Assembly (NCBI GenBank): GCA_045580305.1
Contig: JAZNNQ010000003.1
Coordinates: forward strand, 25,008-89,007
DNA: 64,000 bases
Origin: Eubacteriales bacterium
GTDB taxonomy: Bacteria; Bacillota; Clostridia; Oscillospirales; JAAYXM01
Direction of reading: 5' to 3'
Both the position numbers and the translations under genes were made by a program. Below the pieces are notes generated by a model that did no database searches, was not told where the DNA came from, and saw only the letters and a list, made by a program, of their open reading frames with translations. Position 1 is the stretch's first letter. Each line of letters opens with the position of its first letter. Shown piece by piece: positions 46,157 to 54,867 of this stretch.

Positions 46157-46885
46157 TCAAGCAAAATTCAGTGTAAATTCAGCGGTAAATTTGTTCTCGC
46201 CACTCTCGGACACACCCGCCACAAAAGAGGGTAAATTGTTGGTTTTCAGGATGATTTTTTCACCCGGAAGTGACTCGTTATTATAATTGATTTGTAATTT
46301 TGAGAAATAGCAGGGCGATTTTTCGTTCATTGCAATTGCATCGCAGACCAAATCGCCGTATTTTGCGTTATTTAAGTGGCAGTTAATATCAAGATCGCTG
46401 TACCTAACAAGTCTCTCATCCGTAGCAAAAAGATCATCCGGAATTTTAAGCTTTCCTATCGTAATGCCAAGAGAGCGATCGGGATTTGCGGAAAGAGTAT
46501 TGATCTCCTCAAAACCCTCAGGCTTTTTCATCTTATGGGTAATCGCGTCAGCGGTGACCCACACATTAGTGGCATTTCCAACGACCTCGCCGTCAACGGT
46601 AAATTTAAAATCACGATACCAGATAGGTCCGTGAAACCCGCGATGCCAGGTGTCAATGGTGACTTTTTCATAGGCGCGTATAGGGCGTTTGAGATTTATA
46701 AGACAGCGGGCGAGTATCCATATGGTTTGATATTTTTCAATCAGAACATCACGGGATATGCCCATATTAGATGCGTGTATGGTGGCCGCGTCCTGCATAA
46801 AGTTAAGTAAAGCGGATGTTCGGCAAAAGTTGAAGCAATCGCCCTCGCCGGCACCAACCTCGTAAGTCTTAATGAAATTGCGCAT
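46157..46885 (-). CDS. acyl-ACP thioesterase
   Basis: Double hot-dog fold. [15 protein letters not shown] motif. Confidence 0.82.
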   Translation of the reverse strand: MRNFIKTYEVGAGEGDCFNFCRTSALLNFMQDAATIHASNMGISRDVLIEKYQTIWILARCLINLKRPIRAYEKVTIDTWHRGFHGPIWYRDFKFTVDGEVVGNATNVWVTADAITHKMKKPEGFEEINTLSANPDRSLGITIGKLKIPDDLFATDERLVRYSDLDINCHLNNAKYGDLVCDAIAMNEKSPCYFSKLQINYNNESLPGEKIILKTNNLPSFVAGVSESGENKFTAEFTLNFA

Positions 46886-46984
46886 AAAATCACTTCCTAG
46901 AATAATTATAATAATTATACATTAAAACTCTTGAATAAGCAACAAAAAAGAAGTAAAATAAAGTTAAGTAAGGAGGGCTTTATT

Positions 46985-48016
46985 ATGAAAACTAAAAGCT
47001 TTGGAAAACTCCCCGACGGTCGCGAGGCGACACTTTTTATTATGGAAAACAGCAGTGGTGCATATGCTTGTGTTACCAATGTTGGTGCATCTATTGTTTC
47101 TGTGGTTGTGCCGGATAAAAACGGTAAAATGGCTGATGTTGTGCTTGGCTATAATGAAGGCGCAAAATACCTGACAAAAGGTGCGTATCACGGCGCAACC
47201 GTTGGCCGCGTGGCAAATAGAATAGAAGACGCTTGCTTTACCCTTGATGGTGTAGAATATGTACTTAACCCCAATATGGACGGAAAGCATATGCTTCACG
47301 GTGGCGAGATAGGTCTTGATTCCAAATTATTTGACACGGAGATCGATGGTGACACCGTTGTTATGAAGACCACTTTACCCGATGGTGAAGATGGCTTCCC
47401 AGGCAATGTCGACATCACTGTTAAATACAGATTTGATGATAACTGCCGCTTGAATATTGAATATATTGCGGAAAGCGATAAAACTACGCCGATAAATCTT
47501 ATTAATCATTCCTACTTTAATCTTAACGGCGAGGGTGATATTTTATCTCACGAGCTTGAGATTTATGCGGATGAGTATTATCCGATGTCCGATAACGGAA
47601 TGGTACACGGCGACAAAAAAGAAGTAAAAGGAACGATGGATTTTAAAACCGCAAAGGCGGTAGGTCGTGATATTGATGCCGACTGTCAGCAGATTAAGCT
47701 TGCGGGCGGATATGACCACAACTATTTCTTACAAGATGAAAAAGAATTCGTTTTAGCTGCAAGCATAAAAGCACCGGAGAGCGGTCGTGTTATGAAGGTT
47801 TACACTGATATGCCGGGATTACTTTTCTATTCGGGTAATTTCTTACATACTCATGAGGTAGAGGGAAAACTCGGCAGAGCGTATAAGGCGCGTGAGGGTT
47901 TTTGTTTGGAAACAAACTATTGTCCCAATGCTCTTAAATGTCCGCAGGTTAAACAACCAATACTTAAAAAAGGCGAGATTTACACTCATAAAACTGTATA
48001 CGAATTTACATTATAA
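46985..48016 (+). CDS. galM: aldose 1-epimerase (galactose mutarotase)
   Basis: GATVGRVANRI, LHGG, NHSYFNL and FCLETQ-like (FCLETNY) motifs. ATG 46985 follows AAGGAGGG. Confidence 0.9.
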   Translation: MKTKSFGKLPDGREATLFIMENSSGAYACVTNVGASIVSVVVPDKNGKMADVVLGYNEGAKYLTKGAYHGATVGRVANRIEDACFTLDGVEYVLNPNMDGKHMLHGGEIGLDSKLFDTEIDGDTVVMKTTLPDGEDGFPGNVDITVKYRFDDNCRLNIEYIAESDKTTPINLINHSYFNLNGEGDILSHELEIYADEYYPMSDNGMVHGDKKEVKGTMDFKTAKAVGRDIDADCQQIKLAGGYDHNYFLQDEKEFVLAASIKAPESGRVMKVYTDMPGLLFYSGNFLHTHEVEGKLGRAYKAREGFCLETNYCPNALKCPQVKQPILKKGEIYTHKTVYEFTL

Positions 48017-48049
48017 AAAAATCCCTGCAGATAAACTGCAGGGTTTTTT
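48015..48049. terminator. bidirectional intrinsic terminator
   Basis: AAAAAAATCCCTGCAG-ataaa-CTGCAGGGTTTTTT. Confidence 0.75.
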
Positions 48050-48929
48050 AGTTTTTCCTGTATTTACCGGGGGAGTTTCCGGTAATTTTCTTGAATGCGC
48101 GATGGAAATATGCAGGATCATTGAAACCACATTCAAAACAAATATCCGTTATGGGGCGTGTAGTATTTATCATTAAATCTCGGGCCTTGGACACGCGCAG
48201 ACGAAGCAGATATTCGGTAAATGTTGTACCGGTAATGTGTTTGAAAATGGATGAAAAAGCACTGGGTGACATAAGGGAGATGCGGCATACATCCTCAAGG
48301 TAAATTTTCTCACAAAAATGCTCGTTAATATATTGAAGAGCCTGATTAATGGCATTTCTGTAACGGGCGAACATTTCGTCCCTGGTTGAACTGTTAAGCT
48401 CGTCATACTGTCTGGCTATCAAGGTGAGAAGACGCAGAACATTTGCACGAATAATTGTGGAATAAAAATTATCCTGAGCCTTGTATTCCAGCTCCAACTC
48501 ATCGAAAAGTTTTTCCAGATCATGGGCAACACTGCCCTTGAAATAAAGAGACGGCTTCAAGGTTTTACAGTGAATTAATATCGGCTCAAGATATACGATA
48601 TCAAACAAGTGCTCCGCATCATCCTTTTCCGCAATTCGCATAAAATCCTCGCTGAATTCGCAGGTGATAAGTTCGCAATCCGGATTATTACTCTCGAGAT
48701 AATGCTCCATATAAGGCGGAACGATAAAAAGATTTCCTTCATATAACTCGAAGTCCGAGCCGTTGAAGTAGTGGTGACAGCTTCCTCGCTTTACATACCA
48801 CATCTGCACATAGTCGTGGGAATGCATTGTCTGATGCGTCTCGCCAACAGTGCGGAACATCATAAAGGGAAACGCTTCGTTGCTGAAGGTGTGTTCACTT
48901 TTAAACATAAAAAGATCCAAAGAGTCCAT
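48048..48929 (-). CDS. AraC family transcriptional regulator (cupin sensor plus HTH)
   Basis: N-terminal cupin (H.H.Y.Q..YV..G). C-terminal AraC HTH (...GFNDPAYFHRAFKK.TG.SP..YR). Confidence 0.85.
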   Translation of the reverse strand: MDSLDLFMFKSEHTFSNEAFPFMMFRTVGETHQTMHSHDYVQMWYVKRGSCHHYFNGSDFELYEGNLFIVPPYMEHYLESNNPDCELITCEFSEDFMRIAEKDDAEHLFDIVYLEPILIHCKTLKPSLYFKGSVAHDLEKLFDELELEYKAQDNFYSTIIRANVLRLLTLIARQYDELNSSTRDEMFARYRNAINQALQYINEHFCEKIYLEDVCRISLMSPSAFSSIFKHITGTTFTEYLLRLRVSKARDLMINTTRPITDICFECGFNDPAYFHRAFKKITGNSPGKYRKN

Positions 48930-48934
48930 TTAAA

Positions 48935-49567
48935 TTACTCCTTAATCGCGGATTTACAATAGGGTGCAAGGGTGCAAAGCTCACACTTGGGGCTTCTTGC
49001 GGTACAAACCGCGCGTCCGTGGTATACAAAACGATGACAGAGCAGGGCTTGCTCCTCGGGAGGAATTATCTTTGCCAAAGCGCGCTCCACCTGAATGGGA
49101 ACCTTGGATTTCGCAAAACCTATTCTGTTGGACAGGCGAATACAATGGGTGTCGGTAACCACAGCGGGTTTGCCATAAACATCGCCTAAAATAAGGCTCG
49201 CTGTCTTTCGTCCTATTCCCGGTAGGGTAAGAAGCTCATCCATAGTATCGGGCACTCTACCGCCAAACCGCTCCAGAAGTTCTTGGGCACAGGCCTTTAA
49301 ATCCCGGGCCTTTGTGCGATACAGACCGCAGGGATGGACGACCGCCTCAAGGTCCTTTATATCACATTCAGCAAATGCCTCCAGTGTGGGAAACTTGGTG
49401 TAAAGCTCCTTTGCCACGATATTTACACGGGCATCGGTACATTGTGCCGCCAGGCGCGTGGAGAATAAAAGCTGATAAGCATGTTCGTATTTTAATGAGC
49501 ATTCGGCATCGGGATAGAGCTTTCTAAGTTCTTCTATAACGCCTGCAGATCGTTCTTTAGTTGTCAT
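48935..49567 (-). CDS. nth: endonuclease III
   Basis: HhH-GPD (LPGIGRKTA..IL), DTH and the 4Fe-4S cluster C......C..C.L...C. ATG 49567. Confidence 0.92.
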   Translation of the reverse strand: MTTKERSAGVIEELRKLYPDAECSLKYEHAYQLLFSTRLAAQCTDARVNIVAKELYTKFPTLEAFAECDIKDLEAVVHPCGLYRTKARDLKACAQELLERFGGRVPDTMDELLTLPGIGRKTASLILGDVYGKPAVVTDTHCIRLSNRIGFAKSKVPIQVERALAKIIPPEEQALLCHRFVYHGRAVCTARSPKCELCTLAPYCKSAIKE

Positions 49568-50687
49568 TGCTTTCACCACCGATATGGTTAATAATAAAAT
49601 CCGCAATGTCATTTGTTGCATTGGGATTAGCTATTGCGTCAAAGCGTTCACGAATAGCCTCAAGGCGACCCGGACACTTAAATAGGAAGTAAATCGCATC
49701 GCCGATGGTAAAGGTCTTGTTGACGGCCAATGCTACACCGTTGTTGACGAGAAAATCAACATTGCGCTCTTCCTGACCGGGGATGGGTTTCGCCAAAATC
49801 ATTGGCAGTTTTTTAGCCATAGCCTCGGTGACTGTGAGACCGCCGGGTTTTGTTATAATACAGTCCGCCGCGTCCATCATCACATCAACATTGTCAACAT
49901 AGCCGTAAACACGGCGATTATCATTTGGTGTTAAGTCAAGGAGTTTGCGGCGCTGGCGGGCGTTGCGACCGCAAACGGTAAGCAATGTGTGATTTAGGTC
50001 GAGGGCTTCGATTTGTTCGACCATAGAGCACATATTTCCGTAACCCATACTGCCACCCATAAGTAAAATTACCGGGCGATCAGTGGGGATTTCCAGAATG
50101 TTGCGTGCTTCTTCCTTCGTGCGTTTTGTAGTGAATTTCTCTTGCACGGGAATACCAAAAGAGAGAAGACGGCTCTCATCTATGCCTTTTGTTTTTGCTT
50201 TATGATAAAATAGAGAACTTGCTAAATTTATGTATTCAACTCGGGACACATCCTGCCAGAAGGGGTGAATGGTATAGTCAGTGACAATGCCCATAACGGG
50301 TACATCGAGATACTTTCCGCGCCGCTTAAGCTCATTCATAACCTGCGCCGCAAAAACATGGGTACACACGATGAATTCCGGGTCAAAATCGTGTATGCTC
50401 TGCTCGAACTTATTGCTGATTACAAGGTTTATAAGATTAAAAACGGAAAAGTCACTGCTTTGTCCCTTTTTATCAAACATATTGTAGAAACCTCTGTATG
50501 GCTTGGAGGCGTATTTGGTGGTAAAAAGGTAGCCTTGATTTACACCATTATACAGAAGTGAGCTTATTTCCTTATATACATCTATTGTAAGCACTTGTGC
50601 GCCACGATGGATAAGTGCTTCTGAAACAGAAGTTCCGGCGGCGTGATGCCCTTGGCCGGCAGTAATGGACAAAATTAAAACGCGCAT
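49557..50687 (-). CDS. diacylglycerol glycosyltransferase (MGDG-synthase/UgtP-like, GT28)
   Basis: N-terminal ILS...G.GH..A motif and a C-terminal GT28 fold (...ITKPGG.T..E). ATG 50687 follows GAGGTGAT. Confidence 0.8.
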   Translation of the reverse strand: MRVLILSITAGQGHHAAGTSVSEALIHRGAQVLTIDVYKEISSLLYNGVNQGYLFTTKYASKPYRGFYNMFDKKGQSSDFSVFNLINLVISNKFEQSIHDFDPEFIVCTHVFAAQVMNELKRRGKYLDVPVMGIVTDYTIHPFWQDVSRVEYINLASSLFYHKAKTKGIDESRLLSFGIPVQEKFTTKRTKEEARNILEIPTDRPVILLMGGSMGYGNMCSMVEQIEALDLNHTLLTVCGRNARQRRKLLDLTPNDNRRVYGYVDNVDVMMDAADCIITKPGGLTVTEAMAKKLPMILAKPIPGQEERNVDFLVNNGVALAVNKTFTIGDAIYFLFKCPGRLEAIRERFDAIANPNATNDIADFIINHIGGESNDN

Positions 50688-50734
50688 TTGTATCACCTCG
50701 CTGATTTAAATGATAATACAAACGCGCGTAAAAT

Positions 50735-51004
50735 TCAAGTATTAACTGTGTCGCGTACCTTTTTATACTCGCTCAGAACTCTATCTTCCAGGTGCGAACG
50801 AAGAGCGGAGCTTGTAGGGTGTGTGATGTCGGCAAAACTTCCGTTCGGCAACTGTCGCGAGGGCATTGCAAGGAATAGCTTATCAGCACTTTCGATCACC
50901 TTTATATCGTGTACAACAAGTGAATTGTCAAAGGTGACCGATACTATTGCGCGCATCTTTGATGCGTCAAGAAGTTTACGGATCTTAATGTCTGTAATTT
51001 CCAT
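50735..51004 (-). CDS. spoVG: septation/sporulation regulator SpoVG
   Basis: MEITDIKIRK.....KMRA.VSVTFDN..VVHDIKVIE......LAMPSR....G.F.DI.HP. ATG 51004 follows GAGGAGG. Confidence 0.92.
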   Translation of the reverse strand: MEITDIKIRKLLDASKMRAIVSVTFDNSLVVHDIKVIESADKLFLAMPSRQLPNGSFADITHPTSSALRSHLEDRVLSEYKKVRDTVNT

Positions 51005-51139
51005 TTTTTCCTCCTCAAATTGTAAAAAAGTATAGACAGTTTTGCGGAAAAAGAATATAATAAAGTGTACTTGACTATATTGTTGCCCTTGATGGGTATA
51101 ATTATACATAAATGCAGATGTATACAAGAGGGGGATACC

Positions 51140-52498
51140 ATGAGCAGATTATTTTCTGATACAAGTAAGGTTATACACCTTATCGGAATAGGCGGAGTAT
51201 CAATGTCAGCACTTGCCGAAACATTGAACTACCGTGGATTTGTTGTATGTGGCTCGGATATGAACGAGGGCGAGCATATCGAAAGATTACGCCGCCTTGG
51301 TATTAAAATTTCGGTTGGACATAAGGCTGAAAATGTAGAAGGTGTGGACATAATTGTTCGTACATCTGCAGTGCACGACGACAACCCCGAGGTGATTCGC
51401 GCAAGAGAGAAGGGGCTTCCGTTGATTGAGCGTGCTGAAGCTTGGGGCGAAATTATGCGCGATTATAAGGATGTGCTGTGTGTATCGGGCACTCACGGAA
51501 AAACTACCATTACATCCATGTGCACTCATATTGCACTGGAAGCGCGTCTTGACCCGCAGGTTATGGTGGGTGCAAATCTGCCGATAATCGGCGGTAATTT
51601 GCGGGTTTCCACAAGCGACTTATTTATTGCGGAAGCTTGTGAGTATTGCAACTCCTTTTTGAGTTTTTACCCCACAATTGCAATAATTGCAAATGTGGAG
51701 GAGGATCATCTGGACTTTTTCAAAGGAGGACTTGTTGACATTATCAAATCTTTCCGTAAATTTTCCGAGCTTGTGCCGGAAAGCGGCTTTGTAATATATA
51801 ATGCGGATGACAAAAATGTCTGCAAAGTGGTTGATGGTACCAATAAAAACACCATATCCTTTGGTATAGAAAACGGTGAAATCCGTGCGAAAAGGATAGT
51901 GTCAAGGGAAGATGGTGTTAGCTTCTGTCTTGTTCGTGACGATGAAGAATTGGTTGAAATGAACCTCATGGTAAGCGGTATGCACAATGTTTATAATGCG
52001 CTTGCTGCCGCCGCTTCCGCGCTGGCACTTGGCGTATCGCCTAAATGTATTGCAGCGGGCCTTTCAAAATTCAGTGGCGCATCCCGCAGATTTGAATTCA
52101 AGGGTAAGTGTAACGGCGCATTGGTGTACGACGATTACGCCCATCATCCAAGCGAAGTGAGTGCTACTTTAAGTGCGGCTCGTTCGCGCGCTCCCAAAAG
52201 AATTATATGTGCATTTCAACCCCATACCTATACCCGTACAGCATCGTTGTGCAATGAGTTTGCCAAAGAACTCGAAAAGGCGGATATAGTCTATGTGGCA
52301 GATATTTTCGCGGCTCGTGAAAAACCGATAGAGGGCGTAACAAGCGAACTTATTACAAGCAAGCTAAGTGGCGCAAAAGAACTTCATTCTATGGAAGAAA
52401 TCGCAGCTGAAATTAAACAGATTGCCCGCGAAGGCGATATGATTTTCAGTATGGGTGCGGGGGATATTTACAAGCTTTGTGAAATGCTTTGCGAATAA
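51140..52498 (+). CDS. murC: UDP-N-acetylmuramate--L-alanine ligase
   Basis: IHLIGIGG.SMSALA, GSD and the GTHGKTTTTSM-type P-loop (GTHGKTTITSM). Confidence 0.93.
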   Translation: MSRLFSDTSKVIHLIGIGGVSMSALAETLNYRGFVVCGSDMNEGEHIERLRRLGIKISVGHKAENVEGVDIIVRTSAVHDDNPEVIRAREKGLPLIERAEAWGEIMRDYKDVLCVSGTHGKTTITSMCTHIALEARLDPQVMVGANLPIIGGNLRVSTSDLFIAEACEYCNSFLSFYPTIAIIANVEEDHLDFFKGGLVDIIKSFRKFSELVPESGFVIYNADDKNVCKVVDGTNKNTISFGIENGEIRAKRIVSREDGVSFCLVRDDEELVEMNLMVSGMHNVYNALAAAASALALGVSPKCIAAGLSKFSGASRRFEFKGKCNGALVYDDYAHHPSEVSATLSAARSRAPKRIICAFQPHTYTRTASLCNEFAKELEKADIVYVADIFAAREKPIEGVTSELITSKLSGAKELHSMEEIAAEIKQIAREGDMIFSMGAGDIYKLCEMLCE

Positions 52499-52502
52499 TC
52501 GA

Positions 52503-52534
52503 AAACAAGGTGAGAAATCTCACCTTGTTTTTTT
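52503..52534 (+). terminator. intrinsic terminator after murC
   Basis: ACAAGGTGAGA-aa-TCTCACCTTGT followed by TTTTTT. Confidence 0.75.
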
Positions 52535-52544
52535 GTATTTTACC

Positions 52545-52573
52545 TTGCAATTTTTATCAGAAAGAGGTAAAAT
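52545..52573 (+). promoter_or_regulatory. promoter candidate for the coaW-miaB-mutSL-miaA-hfq block
   Basis: TTGCAA, 17-nt spacer, TAAAAT. Confidence 0.5.
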
Positions 52574-52618
52574 ATTAATATCTATATTTATGCCTATTTG
52601 AGGGGATTGAGTAATACT

Positions 52619-53446
52619 GTGAAAAACATTATCGGTATAGATATCGGTGGAAGCACCACTAAAATTATCGGCTATCGCAATGGTGATATTTTCTCTCCAC
52701 TTCTCGTTAAAGCAAACGATCCGAAAGCATCTCTTTTTGGCGCGTTTGGTAAGTTTTTAAGCGAGAACGGCCTTAAAATTGAAGATGTTTCAAAGATAAT
52801 GGTGACCGGTGTGGGCGCGTCATGCCTTACCGAGGATTTGTTCGGAATACCCACACGAAGGATTGAGGAATTCAATGCTATCGGTGCAGGTGGCTTGTTT
52901 TTAAGTAAGCTTAAAAAGGCGATTATTGTCAGTATGGGCACCGGTACGGCTTTTGTTGCGGCTGATGGTGACTTAGCGCGTCATCTCGGCGGTACCGGCG
53001 TGGGCGGCGGTACATTGCTGGGCCTTTCCAATCGAATTCTTAATGTGCGAAGCTTTGACGATCTTGTTGAAACCGCAAAGGGCGGCAACTTAAACAATGT
53101 GGATCTCAGTATCCAGGACATCAGCAATACGGAAATGGAAACCCTGCCGCAGCATATTACCGCGTCAAATTTCGGTAAGATAAGCGACCTTGCAAGTCAG
53201 AGCGATCTGGCACTTGGTATAGTAAATCTCGTTTTCCAGACCATCGGTGTTATGGCGATGTTTGCAAGCCGTAAAGAGAATACCGAAAATGTTGTCCTTA
53301 CGGGAAATCTTACCCATGTGCCGCAGGTACACGAAATTTTTGATATTATGGCAAAACTGTACGGTATTAATTTTATAATTCCGGAACATTCGGAATATGC
53401 AACTGCTACGGGGGCCGCGCTTTTATTCGATAAAGAGGGAAAATAA
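52619..53446 (+). CDS. coaW: type II pantothenate kinase
   Basis: ASKHA fold. GIDIGGSTTK, GTGT....., GGTGVGGGT..GL and TASNFG strings parallel staphylococcal CoaW. Start is uncertain (TTG 52598, TTG 52607 or GTG 52619). Confidence 0.78.
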   Translation: MKNIIGIDIGGSTTKIIGYRNGDIFSPLLVKANDPKASLFGAFGKFLSENGLKIEDVSKIMVTGVGASCLTEDLFGIPTRRIEEFNAIGAGGLFLSKLKKAIIVSMGTGTAFVAADGDLARHLGGTGVGGGTLLGLSNRILNVRSFDDLVETAKGGNLNNVDLSIQDISNTEMETLPQHITASNFGKISDLASQSDLALGIVNLVFQTIGVMAMFASRKENTENVVLTGNLTHVPQVHEIFDIMAKLYGINFIIPEHSEYATATGAALLFDKEGK

Positions 53447-54853
53447 ATGAAGGAAGAAAAGCTTGTTTCGCAGGAAGAAATCCTGCTTCAAAAAGAATAT
53501 ATGGCTCGCATAAAGGCACTTAAAGGTGAAAAGCAGGGTTTCGCTTTTGTTGACACCTACGGATGCCAGCAGAACGAGGCGGACAGTGAGATACTCCGTG
53601 GAATGCTGCTTGAAATGGGGTATTCTCTTACCCAAAATGAGGAAGAGGCGGATGTAATCGTTATTAACACCTGCGCCGTGCGTGAACACGCGGAAATGCG
53701 CGTTCTGGGCAATGTTGGTCAGCTTGTGCACAGTAAGGATAAAAAGCCCGACCAGATCATTGCGATTTGCGGTTGTATGGTACAGCAGGGGCATATGGTG
53801 GAGAAAATCAAGAAAAGTTATCACCATGTGAATTTGGTCTTCGGCACACACGCGCTCTATCGTTTTCCGGAGCTTTTACATCGTGTAATGACCGGTAAAA
53901 AACGCGTGTTTGAGCTTGTTGACAGTGATGGTCGCATTTTTGAGAATATGCCGGTGTATCGTGAAAACAGCACGAAAGCATGGGTATCCATTATGTATGG
54001 TTGCAATAATTTCTGCTCTTACTGTATCGTGCCTTATGTCCGCGGAAGAGAGCGCAGTCGTAAACCGGAAGCGATCATTTCCGAGATAACAGAACTTATT
54101 GAAAATGGCGCAAGAGATGTTACACTTCTGGGCCAGAATGTAAATTCATACGGCAAGGATTTAGACGAAAGCATAGATTTTGCAGAGCTACTTGAGCGTA
54201 TAAACAATATCCCGGGCGAATTTAAGATCCGCTTTATGACAAGTCATCCGAAAGACGCTACACGGCGTTTGTTTGAAACCATGGCTAAATGCGAAAAGGT
54301 TGCACATCATATACACCTTCCGTTCCAGTCGGGAAGTAACCGCATTTTAAAGCTTATGAATCGCGGTTATACCAGAGAAAAATACGCAGAACTTGTGAAG
54401 ACCGCAAGGGCACTTATGCCGGATATTTCCTTTACAAGCGATGTTATCGTAGGATTCCCGGGTGAAACTGATGAGGATTTCAACGAGACAATTTCCCTTG
54501 TTTCCGAAATCGGATTTGATGCGCTCTTTACCTTTATATACTCAAAACGAAAAGGAACACCGGCCGCTGAAATGGACGATCCTACCACGCGTGAGGAAAA
54601 GGGTAAGCGCTTTGACCGTCTGCTTAAGGTACAAAGTGAAATTGCGGAAGGCTACGCCAAGGAACTTATGGGCAAGACCGTGACTGTTCTTGTGGAGGGT
54701 GACGAAGGTGGCGAGGATAAAAATCTTGTTGCCAGAACTGACACCAACCGCCCCATAAGAATTACCGGAGGGGCTCAGTTAGTGGGCAAATTCGTAAATG
54801 TAAAAATAGAAGTCTGCTCTAAGTGGTCAATGGAGGGCAGTATAGTAGATTAA
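53447..54853 (+). CDS. miaB: tRNA (N6-isopentenyl adenosine(37)-C2)-methylthiotransferase
   Basis: UPF0004 N-domain (TYGCQQN..DSE, INTC.VRE.AE), radical-SAM CNNFCSYCIVPY and a C-terminal TRAM domain. Confidence 0.93.
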   Translation: MKEEKLVSQEEILLQKEYMARIKALKGEKQGFAFVDTYGCQQNEADSEILRGMLLEMGYSLTQNEEEADVIVINTCAVREHAEMRVLGNVGQLVHSKDKKPDQIIAICGCMVQQGHMVEKIKKSYHHVNLVFGTHALYRFPELLHRVMTGKKRVFELVDSDGRIFENMPVYRENSTKAWVSIMYGCNNFCSYCIVPYVRGRERSRKPEAIISEITELIENGARDVTLLGQNVNSYGKDLDESIDFAELLERINNIPGEFKIRFMTSHPKDATRRLFETMAKCEKVAHHIHLPFQSGSNRILKLMNRGYTREKYAELVKTARALMPDISFTSDVIVGFPGETDEDFNETISLVSEIGFDALFTFIYSKRKGTPAAEMDDPTTREEKGKRFDRLLKVQSEIAEGYAKELMGKTVTVLVEGDEGGEDKNLVARTDTNRPIRITGGAQLVGKFVNVKIEVCSKWSMEGSIVD

Positions 54854-54867
54854 TCGGGGTGATAGTG